Assembly: GCF_009914755.1 (NCBI RefSeq)
Contig: NC_060932.1
Reading direction: 5' to 3' (one strand)
Source of the DNA: the human T2T-CHM13v2.0 reference genome, Homo sapiens
DNA: 64,000 bases
Part shown: piece by piece, positions 30,221 through 43,647 of the stretch
How positions within the stretch are numbered: position 1 is the stretch's first letter
Layout of the letters: each line of letters opens with the position of its first letter
The notes under the pieces: generated by a model
What the model was told of the DNA's origin: nothing
Databases searched by the model: none
What the model saw: the letters and a program-made list of their open reading frames with translations, nothing else
Position numbers and translations under genes: made by a program

Positions 30221-33200
30221 GTGGGTGGGAGTCGGGGCCAAGATGGCTGACTAGAAGCAGTGGCAATCAGAGGCTCTCATCGAAAAGATCCAAAAGAGCA
30301 TGCAAATCCTGCACTGGTAACTGAGGTATCCAGGTCCTGTTATTAGGACTGACTAGGTGACTGGTATGACCCATGGAGAAAAAGGAAGAAGAGTGTGGTG
30401 CAGCAGCCCATCAGAGAGCCATACAGGGCAGGGGAGCCCCCACTCCCAGCCAAGGGAGGCAGCGAGTGAGCATGATACCCAGCCTGGGAAACCATGCTCT
30501 TTCCATGGAAATGTGCAACCCATGGATTGGAAAATCCCACTTGGGAGCCCATGCCACTGGAGCCTTGGGTCCCAACCATGGAGCCATGCAGATTATCAAC
30601 ATCTTCTAGGCTAGGATCAGCCTAAGCCTGAGTTCCCATGGGGAACACTGCTGTGGCTGCCTGCAGTCTAAGCCATCTGAGCTCCTTGGGGGAGGGGTGG
30701 GAGCCAACACTGTGGCTGCAGTGCGTCCCTGCAGGAACTCCAACTCCAGTCAGGGGCTTAGGGACAGAACTATGATCTCTCTGGGCCTGAGCCGCCTTGG
30801 GGAAAGGTGGCCATATGCTCCATGGACCAGCAGAGTTAGTCTTTTCTCCTGCTAGATCTGAGGAATCTGGGCAGCCCAGATGAGTGGGTTTTCCCCCAGC
30901 ACAGCACACTCTTTCCACCAAGGGACAGCCAAAGTGCCTCATTAAATAGGCCCTGCTTCCCATGCCACTCAACTGGGTGAGACCCCCCCAACAGGGATTG
31001 TCAGACAACTCATATAAGGGTGTTCCTACTGGCATTAGGTCAGTGCCCCTCGAGGTCAGGGATCCCAGAGAAAGGAGCAGGTAACCATTTTTGCTGTTCT
31101 CCAGCCTCTTTGAGTGACATCTCTAGGTATGGGAGCAAACCAGATGAATAGGGCCTGAAGTGAAACCCCAGAAAACTGCAGCAGCCTTAGAGAAGAGAGA
31201 CCTGACTATTGAAAGAAACAACAACAACAACAACAACAAAAACAAACACAAAACAACAACAGCAGCATCATCAACAAAAAACGTCTCCGCAAAAACCTCA
31301 TCCAAGGGTCATCTGAGGACAGCCTCAAAGATCGAAACTAGACAAATTCTTGAAGATGAGAAAGAATCAATAAAAGAACATTGAAAACCAAAAGGTCAGA
31401 GTGGCTTGTCTCCTCCAGATGATCACAGCACCTCTCCAGCAAGGCTCCAGAACTGGACAGAGGGTGAGATGGACTAATTGACAGAAGTAGGCTTCAGAAG
31501 GTGGGTAATAACAAACTTCACTGAGGTAAGCAGCATGCTCTAACCCAATTCAAAGAAGCTAAGAACCTTGATAAAAGGTTAGAGGAGCTGTTAACTAGAA
31601 TAACTAGTTTAGAGAGAAACATAAATGGCCTGATGGAGCTGAAAAACACAGCATGAGCACTTCATGAAGCATACACAGGTATCAATAGCCAAATCAAGCA
31701 AGCAGAAGAAAGAATATCAGAGATGGAAGACTATATTGCTGAAATAAGGCAGGTAGAAAAGATTAGAGAAGAATGAAAAGGAATGAAGAAAACCTTCAAG
31801 AAATATGGGACTATGTAAAAAGACCAAGCCTACGACTGATTGGAGTACCTGAAAGAGACAGGGATAATGGAACCAAGCTGGAAAACACACTTTAAAATAT
31901 TAACCAGAAGCACTTCCAACCTAGCAAGAAGGCCAACATTCAAATTCAGGAAAAACAGAGAACCCCATTAAGATACTCTACAAGAAAATCAAGCCCAAGA
32001 CATGTAATTATCAGGTTCTCCAATGTCAAAATGAAGGAAAAAAATATTAAGGGCAGCCAGAGAGAAAGGCCAGGTCACCTACAAAGGGAAGCCCATCAGA
32101 CTAACAGTGGATGTCTCAGCAGAAACCTTACAAGCCAGAAGAAAGTGGGGACCAATATTCAACATTTTTAAAGAAAAGAATTTTCAACCCAGAATTTCAT
32201 ATCCAGCCAAACTAAGCTTCGTAAGTGAAAGAGAAATAAAATCCTTTTCAGACAAGCAAATACTGAGGGAATTCATCACCACAAGATCTTCCTTGCAAGA
32301 ACTCCTGAAGGAGGAGCTAAATATGGAAAGGAAAAACTGGTACCAGCCATTGCAAAACACATGAAGATATAAAAACCAATGATACTATGAAGAAATGACA
32401 TCAACTAGTGTGCAAAATAACCAGCTAGCTTCATGATGAGAGGATCAAATTCACACATAACAATATTAACCTTAAATGTAAATGAGCTAAACACCCCAAT
32501 TAAAAGACAGACTCAAAAACTGGATAAAGAGTCAAGACCCATTGGTGTGCTGTATTCAAGAGACCCATCTCATGTGCAAAGACACACATAGGGTCAAAAT
32601 AAAGAGATGGAGGAATATTTACCAAGAAAATGGAAAGCAGAAAAAAGCAGGAGTTGCCATCCTACTCTCTGACAAAACAGACTTTAAACCAACTAAGTTA
32701 GAAAAAGACAAAAAAGGGCATTACATAATGGTAAAGGGATCAATTCAACAAGAAGAGCTAACTACCCTAAATATGTATGCACCCAATACAGGAGCACCCA
32801 GATTCATAAAACAAGTTCTTACAGACCTGCAAAGAGACTTAGACTCCCATGCAAGAATAGTGGGAGATTTTAACACCTCACTCTCAATATTAGACAGATC
32901 AATGAGACAGAAAATTAACAAGGATATGCAGGAGTTGAACTCAGCTCTGAATCAAGTGGGCCTAATAGATATCTACAGAACTCTCCACCCCAAAGCAACA
33001 GAATATACATTCTTCTCAGTGCCACATGACACTTATTCTAAAATCCACCACAGAATTGGAAGATTCTGCAAATTCAAAGAACTGAAATTATAACAGTTTC
33101 TCAGATGACAGTGCAATCAAATTAGAACTTAGGATTAAGACACTCAAAACCACACAACTACATGTAAGTTGAACAACCTGTTCCTGAATGACTCCAGGTG

Positions 33201-36200
33201 AAATAATGAAATTAAGGCAGAAATCAAGAAGTTCTTTGAAACCAATGAGAACAAAGAGACAATATACCAGAATCCCTTGGACACAGCTAAAGCAGTTTTA
33301 AGAGGGAAATGTATAACACTAAATGCCCACACCAGAAAGCTAGAAAGATCTCAAATTGACACCATAATTAAAGAATTAGAGAAGCAGGAGCAAACAAATC
33401 CAAAGGCAGCAGAAGACAAGAAATAAATAAGATCAGAGCTGAACTGAAGGAGAGAGATGAAAAACCCTTCCAAAAAATCCATAGCTCCAGGAGCTGTTTT
33501 TTTTTTTGAAAAAATTAATAAAATAGACTGCTAGGTAGATTAATAAAGAAGAAAAGAGAGAAGAATCAAATAGACACAATAAAAAATGATAAAGGGAATA
33601 TCACTGCTGACCCCACAGAAATACAAACTACTATCAGAAAATACTATACACTACTCTATTCAAATCAATTAGAAAATCTACAGGAAATGAATACATTCCT
33701 GGACACATACACCCTTCCAAGACTAAACCAGGAAGAAGTCCAGTCCCTGAATAGACCAATAACAAGTTCTGAAATTGAAGCAGTAATAAATAGCCTACCA
33801 ACGAAAAAAAGCCTGGAACCAGACAGATTCAAAGCCAAATTCTACCAGAGGTACAAAGAGGAGCTGGTTACCATTCCTTCAGAAATGATTCCAAACAATT
33901 GGAATCATAGGTGGGACTCCTCCCTAATTCATTTTATGAGGCCAGCATCATCTTGATACCAAAACTTGACAGAGATACAACAAAAAAAGAAAATTCAGGC
34001 CAATATCCCTGATGAATATTGGTGCAAACGTCCTTGATAAAATACTGGCAAACCGAATCCAGCAGCACATCAAAAAGCTTATCCACCATGATCAAGTTGG
34101 CTTCCTCCCTGGGATGCAAGGTTGGTTCAACATATGCAAATCAATAAATGTAATTCATTACATAAACCGAACCAATGACAAAAATCCCATGATTATCTCA
34201 ACAGATGCAGGAAAGACCTTCAATAAAATTCAACATCCCTTCATGTTAAAAACTCTCAATAAACTAGGTATTGATGAAACACACCTAAAAATAATAAGAG
34301 TCATATATGACAAACCCACAGCCAATATCATACTTAATGGGCAAAAGCTGGAAGCATTCCCTCTGAAATCCTGCATCCTATTCAACATAGTATTGGAAGT
34401 TCTGGCCAGGGCCATCAAGAAAGAGAAGGAAATAAAGGTATTCAAATAGGAAGATAGGAAGTAAAATTGTCTCTGTTTTCAGACAACATGATCCTATATT
34501 TAGAAAACCCCATCATTTCAGCCCCAAAACTCCTTAAGCTGATAAGCAACTTCAGCAAAATCTCAGGATACAAAATCAATGTGCAAAAATCACAAGCATT
34601 CCTATACACAAACAATTGAAAAGCAGAGGGCCAAATTATGAATGAACTCCCATTACAACTGCTACAAAGAGAATAAAGTACCTAGGAATACAGCTAGCAG
34701 GAGATGTGAAGGACCTCTTCAAGGAAAACTACAAACCGCTGCTCAAGGAAATAAGAGAAGACACAAACAAATGGAAAAACATTCCATCCTCATGGATAGG
34801 AAGGATCAATATTGTGAAAATGGCCATACTGCCCAAAGTAATTTATAGATTCAATGGTATTTCCATCAAACTACCATTTACATTCTTCACAGAATTAGAA
34901 AAGCTACTTTAAAATTCATATGGAACCATAAAAAAAGCCCACATAGCCAAGACAATACTAAGCAAAAAGAACAAAGCTGAGGCATCCTGCTACCTGACTT
35001 CAAACTATACTACAAGGCTGCAGTAACCAAAACAGCATGGTACTGGTACCAAAACAAACATATAGACCAATGTAACAGAATAGAGACCTCAGAAATGAAA
35101 CCACACATCTATAACCGTCTGATTTTCTACAAACCTGGCAAAAAAAAAGAAGGAATGGGGAAAGGAGTCCCTATTTATTACATGGTGCTGGGAAAATTGG
35201 CTAGCCATATGCAGAAAACTGAAACTGGACCCCTTCCTTACACCTTATACAAAAATATACTCAAGATGGATTAAAGTCTTAAATGTAAAACCCAAAACCA
35301 TAAGAACCCCTGAGGAAAACCTAGATAATACCCTTCAGGACATAGGCATGGGCAAAGATTTTATTCTGAAATTGCCAAGAGGAATTGCAACAAAAGATAA
35401 AATTGACAAATAGTATCTAATTAAACCAAAGAACTGCACAGCGAAAGAAACTATCATCAGAGCAAAAAGGCAATCCATTGAATGGGAGAAAATTTTTGCA
35501 GTCCACCCATCTGACAAAGGTCTAATATTCAGAATTTATAAGGAATTTAAACAAATTTACGAGAAAGAAACAATCCCATGAAAAAGTGCTTAAAGGATAT
35601 GAACAGACCCTTCTCAAAAGAAGACATTTATGTGGCCAACAAACATATGAAAAAAAGCTCAACATCACTGATCATTAGAGAAATGCAAATCAAAACCACA
35701 ATGAGATACTATCTCATGCCAGTCTGAATGGCGATTATTAAAAAGTCAAGAAACAACAGATGCTGCTGTGGCTGTGGAGAAATAGGAACGCTTTTACATT
35801 GTTGGCGGGAATGTAAATTAGTTCAATCATTGTGGAAGACTGTGTGACAATTCCTCAAGAATCTAGAACCAGAAATACCATTTTACCCAGCAATTCCATT
35901 ACTGGGTATATACCCAAAGGAATATAATTTATTGTATTATAAAAATACATGCACACATATGTTTATTGCAGCACTATTCACAATAGCAAAGACATGGAAC
36001 CAGCCCAAATGCCTATCAGTGATAGACTGGATAAAGAAAATGTGGTACATATACAATATGGAATACTATGCAGCCACAAAAAGAATGAGATGATGTTTTT
36101 TGCAGGGACATGGATGAAGCTGAAAGCCATCATCCACAGCAAACTAACACAGGAATAGAAAACCAATCACCGCATGTTCTCATTCATAAGTGGGAGTTGA

Positions 36201-36446
36201 ATAATGAGAACACATGGACACAGGGAGGGGAACAACACACACCAGGGTCTTTGATGGGAGGTAAAGGAAGGGAGAGCATCAGGACAAATAGCTAATGTGT
36301 GCAGGGCTTAAAACCTAGGTGATGGGTTGATAGGTGCAGCATACCACCATGTCACACGAATACCTATGTAGCAAACCTGCACCTTCTATACTTGTATTCT
36401 GGACCTTAAAATAAAAACAAAACAAAAACAGTAAAAAAGAAAGAAA
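30221..36446 (+). mobile_element. Full-length L1PA7/8 (~6.2 kb), ORF1 and ORF2 disrupted
   Basis: 5' ggccaagatggctgactagaagcag; ORF1 remnant 32107-32364; endonuclease remnant 32542-33093; RT remnant 34012-34449; TSD aaagctcgttattg / aaagctcattattg. Confidence 0.95.
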
Positions 36447-36744
36447 AAAGCTCATTATTGTTCTGTTGAGGGTTTCAATTTCTTCCTGGTTCAATCTTGG
36501 GAAGTTGTGCATTTCTAGTAATTTATCCATTTCTTATATATTTTCTGGTTTGTTTCCATAGAGGTGTTCATAATAGTCTCTTAGGATATTTTGTATTTCT
36601 GTAGGGTTGGTTGTAAAACTACCTTTGTCATTTCTGATTGCGTTATTTAGATCTTCTCTTTTTTTTCTCTTTGTTAACCTAGCTAGCAATGTATCAATCA
36701 TGTTTATTCTTTAAAGAACCAACTCTGGGTTTCAATGATTTTAT

Positions 36745-37169
36745 TTTTTCCCTTTCCCTTTCCCTTCCCTTCCCTTCCCTCCCCTCCCCCCTCCCCTCCC
36801 CTCCCCCTCTCCCCTCCCCTCCCCTCCCCTCCCCTCTCCTCCCCTCCCCTCCCTTTCCCTTCCCTTCCCTTCCCTTCCTTCCCTTCACAGAGTATTGCTC
36901 TGTTATTCAGGTTGGATGGAGTGCAGTGGCAAGATCTTGGCTCACTGCAACCTCTGCCTCCCTCGTTCAAGCAATTCTCATGCCTCAGCTTCCTGAGTAG
37001 CTGGGATTACAAGCACATATCACCACACCTGGCTAATTTTTGTATTTTTAGTAGAGACAAGGTTTCTCCAGATTTGCCAGGATGGTCTCAAACTCCTGGC
37101 CTCAAGTAATCTGCCTGTCTTGGCCTCCCAAAGTGCTGGGGTTACAGACCTGAGCAACCGTAACTGGAC
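36745..37169 (-). mobile_element. Alu (Jb/Sz-like) with tail converted to simple repeat
   Basis: Alu body ~36887-37169; TSD tttcaatgatttt / tttcattgatttt. Confidence 0.9.
36750..36886. repeat. (CCCTT)n/(CCCCT)n homopyrimidine tract
   Basis: About 135 bp of pure C/T. Confidence 0.95.
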
Positions 37170-37938
37170 TTTCATTGATTTTTTTTTTTTTTGATGTATG
37201 TTCTCATTTTCAATTTTGTTCAGTTCTGCTCTGATTTTGGATACTTTTTTTTTTTCTGCTAGCTTTGGGGGCAGATTGCTCTTGTTTTTCTAGTTCCTTC
37301 AGCTGTGATGTTAGGTTGTTAATTTGAGATCTTTCTAACTTCTCGATGGTAGATGTTTAACACTATAAACTCTCTGCTTAACATTACTTAAGCTGTGTCC
37401 CAAAGATACCAAGTATGTTGTGTTTCTCTCTTCATTTATTTCAAATAATTTTTAAAATTTCTGCATTAATTTTCTTGTTTGCCCAAAAGTCATTCAGGAG
37501 CAAATTGTTTAATTTCTGTGTAATTGTTTGGTTTTGAGAGATCTTGGTATTGATTTATATTTTTATTGCTTGGTATGATTTCAATTTTTGTGGATTATTT
37601 GAGACTTACTTTATGACCAAGCATGTGATTGATCTTAGAGTAAGTTCTGTGTGCAGATGAGAAGAGTGTATGTTCTGTTGCTGTTGGGTGGTGTATTCTG
37701 TTGATGTCTATTCGATCCAACGGATCCAGTGCTGAGTTTAAGTGCAGAACTTCTTTGTTAGTTTTCTGCCTTAATATTTTGTGAAATGCTGTCAGGGGGA
37801 TGTTGAAGTCCCTCACTATTCTTGTATGGCTTTCTAAACCTTTTTGTAGATCTAGAAAAACTTCTTTTTTATGTATCTAGTGCTCCAATGTCAGGTATGT
37901 ATAAATTGAGAGCAGTTACATCTTCTTGCTGAATAGAA

Positions 37939-39245
37939 GCAATGGTTATTTCTTAGTCTTTATTTTTTTCGACCAATCAGCAGCATTTGGCATAGCTGAT
38001 CAGTCTCTCCTGTATAAAATATTTCCTCATTTGGCTACAGGATACCACAGGCTTTCTTTAACTCTTGCTAATGTAGTTACTGCTTCTGTTTTTTTTTTTT
38101 TCCAATACCTCCTGATCTGTCTCTGGAAATTAGCTCCATGGTGCTGTCTTTGAACTTTGTTTTTCTAGATACATTATTGCCTATCTCATCTAGTCTTATG
38201 GTTTATTATTATATCTTTAAAAATAGCTAAAAGAGATGATTTTAAATGTTCTTGAGTAAAGAAATAATAAATATTTGAGTTAATGGAAATGTTAATTAAC
38301 CTGATTTGATCATTCCACAATGTATGCATATATCAAAACATTACATTTTACCCTATATATAGATACAGTTGTATTTGTTAAAAGTAAAAATAGTAACATA
38401 ATAATTATATATTGTTAATTACTCCCAGTATCTATCTCGGCTTTATACTTCTTCAGTGAACTCCAGATTCAATTATTTGACTACTTACTTGATAGTTCCA
38501 CATGAAGATACTTACTAGAAGTCTCATATTTAACATGTTCCTAATGGACTCCTGATCACATTCCCAATACCATCTGCATTCTTCTAGTTTTTCAGAACAA
38601 AACCTTGGAGTCATTTTGCCATCTTTTTTTGTTACTTTGCTTTCCCCTCAAATCCAGTGAATTATTAAATCTCATGTTTCTCTCTTTAAAGTATATCCAG
38701 AATTGGGCCTCGACCCCTGCTACTATTCTATTTAAAACCATCATCATGTTGTGTGGATGACTGTAATAGTCTTCTAACTGGTCTCCTTACTTCTGCTTAT
38801 TTGCCCTGAAGATTATTCTATGAAAATATTGGTCTGATGCTGTCACTTATTTGTTCGAACTCTCTGATGATGTCTCATTTCTATGACACCATCTGTAACT
38901 ACATTCACACTCACTCCAGGCACATTGTCCCCTAGCTGTTCTTTGTATAAACAAAGGATACTTTGGCCTCAGGGTCTCTGCATTTTTTCCTAACTCTGTC
39001 TGGAATAACATTTATGTGAAAATACATGTTACTTCTACTTTATATCTTTATTTACCTATTCAATGAAATTTTCCATGTCATCCAATTTACATTTTGTTAC
39101 CATCAGTCTTTCACACCCAGGCTTAATTTATTGTTATCTAAAATGCTAGAAAACTAAGAATTTTGTCTTTTGTTTACTGCTGTATCCCAGTGCCTAGAAG
39201 AGTGTCTGTCAGATAGTAGACACTAAGTATTTGTTGAGTGAACAC
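37939..39245 (+). mobile_element. L2a 3' portion (with L1MA 3' fragment at ~38200-38395)
   Basis: cagcagcatttgg..., ends tatttgttgagtgaa (L2a 3' end). Confidence 0.8.
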
Positions 39246-39899
39246 ATACACAGCCACACATGCTACTATCTGATACAAAGGAGTCACAGAGTCTGTTCCA
39301 GTGTTAAGAAAGTCTGAACTCTCTGATGCACCATTTCAGTGAATTTCAACCAATTACTTAATTGCTAAGACATAGTGAAATTACCATCATCAAAAAATGC
39401 TGTTATATGAATCCTATACATTCATATTAATTTTATTGTTTATAAATGTGTATAATATTAAATTCATAACTCAAACATTATTTCTATTTATCTTTGATAA
39501 TTCTTATTCCAGAAGTATTTGTTTTATGCATATAATAAGAAATCAGCTGTTTGTATTCTGATTCTTCACATTTTAAAGCAAGACTTAGCTGTCTTTGACA
39601 TTTGTCACATGCTTCTCTCTTGAGCTAGACATATTACTCAAGATTGATATTTTTTTCCATGTTGAGTATTTAGTTCAAATATTTTATTGCATTTATTTGA
39701 CCACTACTTCAATTTGACTGTCATAGATAGAAGGTGCATGTGACAGTGATAAAACCCAGGCACAAGAGAGTACTTGTTGGGCCATAGGTGGAAAAGAGTA
39801 CAGAGAGTTTTCACAACTTTTTTCTTCCTGTAAATGTATATTAATAATTCTGTATGATTGACATTATTGTTATTAGCAAATCTTTGAGAGAGCTGAGAG

Positions 39900-40895
39900 A
39901 AAGAGAAAGAAAGAGAGAATAACTGCAATGGCAAGAATTAAATCATGAGACTGGAATATTCTAGAAGCTAAATGAAGAAAGTAATTCATGGAGTAGACAC
40001 TTACCAGCTATGCCAAATGCTGCAAATAGGATCAACAAAAGTGAAGATTAAAAAACAGCCTTTGGCATTAAAAAATATAAGGACCACTGATGATCTCTTA
40101 AAAGTAAACATTTTTATTGCTGTTGTAGAGTCATGAAAGGCCATGAAGTTTGTAAGGCTTAATTAATTAGGGTGGTCATGAATTAAGTGAGAATAATTTT
40201 CTCCAGCCTTGTTCAAATACATGGTTGCAGGCAGACAAGGGGCAGTTGTTATAAATATGTATTTTAAAAGATGCAGGCAGAGAAAAGGCTATTTGATTTC
40301 ATTTGCATGAAATTGTGAAAAAAAAGGAAAGCAAACCAGGAAAGAGAAAGCAGAGATTTATTGTTGCCTGGAGCTGTGGGTGAGAACAGAGATTAACTGA
40401 AATGACATAAAGCTCTTATTTGGAAAACAAAATGTTCTAAAACTGATACATGGTTGATGGCTGCAAAAGTGCATAAAGTTATTTAAAAAATTGAATTTTA
40501 CATGTCAGTGAATTTTATGATATGTAAAATATACTAAAGTTTTTAAAAAATAAACACATACGATTTACACATTATAAATATTAATAAGTATGCAACTAGC
40601 TTAATTTCTCACCAATAACCACTTGTATAACTATATTCAATTTCACATTAGACATAATATATAACTTGTTCTTTATTTCAATGGCTTATACTCAGTTGGA
40701 GATTTATAAATATGTAGCTTATTTCTTTAAAATGCAAAATTCTCACAGATCCAATATACAAGACCTGATGAATCCTAAGTGGAAAATAAATCAATAAAAC
40801 AACTATACATTTTACTGCATTTGTGAATTTAAATATGGTACAAAAACTTTAAAAAGGAAAATCTAAGCTTGAAGAAAAAATAATATCTTATTGTT
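39900..40895 (-). repeat. Right arm of ancient inverted duplication (L2 fragment + old L1M 3' fragment + unique DNA)
   Basis: Same three components in mirror order relative to 26715-27544 and 37939-38080. Confidence 0.85.
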
Positions 40896-41115
40896 AGAAG
40901 GTACAAACAGATGATAAGTAGAAGGAATAAATTAAATGCTTGATAGCAGAGTAGGATGACTATATTTAATGAAATGTTACGTAATCAGGTGATGGGCACC
41001 CTAAATACCCTCGCTTGATAATTATATATTACACACATGGAGTGAAATTTCAAAAAAAACATGCACCCTATACATTTGTACAAATATAAATGTAAATAAA
41101 ATAAAAATGAAAATA
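40895..41115 (+). mobile_element. L1PB4-like 3' end
   Basis: gatagcagagtaggatgactat...ggtgatgggcaccctaaataccct, A-rich tail. Confidence 0.7.
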
Positions 41116-42605
41116 AACACAAGAAGTAAAAATGCTTTAAAATTACAACTTGTAAAATCAATATTATTGGTCATTTACCTTCTCTGAAATTTCATCCTCA
41201 TTTTACCCTACCTTCTGTGGAACTGGGGTATGCAAGAATATTCCTTTAGAATCTGCAGTTGAAAAATATTTTTTGATTTTATGTTGTTTGTATCAACAAT
41301 CATCTCAGTCAAGCAATGCTTATTAATCCTGAGTCAATGGTGGGGTCAAAATATAGGAAAAGTTATTTATGAGTGTCCACTCTCCAGTGTGATATACACT
41401 TTCACGACATTATCAATGGCACATTGAAAATGACTGAGATACAAAATATCAAACAAAAAAATCAGTCACTGCAGTTCCACAGGATAGTCCAGTTCCTCTT
41501 CTGAATCACACTGGAGCCCGTTTCTCCTCAGATTGAAGGCAGTGCACCCCCACCTCTATTCTCCATCATAGAGTGGGGAGACCCTGAAAGTCTTGCTGCA
41601 TGTGGGTAGCTAAGACCCTGGGCCCTGAGCTCAGATATCTCCTCTGCTAATGTCCTTGGCTCACCTGGCCTGGTCTGAGACAGTGTGACACATGGGAGGC
41701 ACCAGCATGGGATCTGGGAAAGGGGTTGTAGAGGGTCTCAGAGATACAGGGAATTGTTCTCCAGGAATAGTCCAACCCTCTTCTGAGAAAAGGAAAATAA
41801 ATTTTAGGCTACTATGGGCTTAGGTGGGCTTGTAGCCTTCCATGCTCAGCAAGGAAGGCAAAGAGAAAGAACATGGCTTTGCCAGAGTGCAGGAAGCACA
41901 GCCAAGGACAAAGGCCCCCTGAGGTTCATGGAAGCTCTTGGTCACTGGGCCAAAGGGCCACTTCAGAGTATAGTGTGCTGTCCAAGGACCCTCGAGGTGA
42001 CAACCGAGGTTGCTTTCTGCCTGAGTTGGCTCAGCATTATGGAATCCAAGGGCTTGGGAAGCTTCAACAGGGCAGGGAGAGGAAACACTAGACACAAGCA
42101 CACACAATGGAGCACAACTGCTTTGTTGTGGGGAAGCTTAAATTGTTTAAACCCTTTAGTAGTGACGTAAAGGCAAATAAGCATCATTTGCCCTCATAGT
42201 GAGGTTCTTGAAAATGTCTCTGCATCACAGTTTTTTTTTTTTTTGTGGTAGGATTTATTTATTGTGGAGAAACAGGAAAATAGAAATATTAATTATCATT
42301 ACTAGCAATTAGTACTAACAACTTCTTATGTACCACTGCTGACTTAAATGTTTAATATCTTTGCAAATAAAAACAAATCAAGAAAATGGGACTTTATCCT
42401 GATAATTCCATCAAAAACACTTTTATTCAACTATGCATCTTTTTAAAAATACTAGATTAGAATCAGTGGAGGAAAGGGAAAGAAAAGCTTTAAAATGCAA
42501 CCTGATTGTGTTGTGTAAATAGTGATTCTAAGCACTACTGAAGAACCTGTGGAGATCAGAAAGGTAGCAAGGCGAGGGCAGAGAGGAAAAGTGACACCAC
42601 TGTAA

Positions 42606-42984
<379 letters not shown>

Positions 42985-43224
42985 CTAACTCATCTTTTAT
43001 CCCATCCCTTACCTAAAACCCCAGTACACCATGTTACAGGGATGAACTGTGTTGACAGTTTGAAAATAAAACTCTAGTCAGGACTAAAACTCAGGCCTAC
43101 TAGAGACTGGTACATCTGGGCAATAGAAATCATGAGAAAGAGGTAGGACAGTGAGCATGATGGTCCAAAATTGCCCTCATTGCCATGAGGTTGAGATAAA
43201 TCTAGTAGAACCATCCCAATTTGC

Positions 43225-43647
43225 ATTTTAAACAGCCTTATTAAGATATAATTCACATACCACAAAAGTCACCCACTTAAAGCATAAGACTAAATGATTT
43301 TTAGTATGTTCACTGGTATGTGTGATATAAGTTTCATCTTATTATGAAGAAACTCTATACCCTTTAGCCATCACCCTCCCATACACAAGTTCTTTATCCC
43401 ACACCTCTACTCCCTAAACAACCATTAAACTAAGAGCTGCCCCCGTTCTGGACGTATCATACAAATAAATACACATGTAAATATCTGGTGTTTGTGACTG
43501 GCTTTATTTACTATACATAATGGTTTCAAGGATCAACCATGTCGAGTAAAAGTGTCAATGCTTCATTCCTTTTTAGGGCTGAATAATATTCCATTGTTTG
43601 GATATACTGCATTTTGTTTATCCATTCTTCAGTTGATGGACATTTGG
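43225..43647 (-). mobile_element. L1MB-type 3' fragment
   Basis: agccttattaagatataattcacatacc... typical reverse L1MB 3' UTR. Confidence 0.7.

Larger units (their letters stand above)
27545..37938 (-). mobile_element. 5'-truncated L1PA13-15-type element (27545-30220 and 36447-37938) inserted in L2
   Basis: Perfect 16-bp TSD gcaatggttatttctt at 27529-27544 and 37939-37954; antisense ORF2 remnants. Confidence 0.9.

Noticed and set aside
30221-36446. Retrotransposition-competent L1
   Set aside because: Both ORFs broken into short pieces; part of RT deleted near 34370.
36689-37109. Pro-rich and Gly/Glu/Arg-rich ORFs
   Set aside because: Translation of the C/T simple repeat and Alu.
41814-42170. 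118-aa ORF and overlapping ORFs as a small gene
   Set aside because: No recognisable domain; ORFs overlap on both strands as expected in GC-richer DNA.
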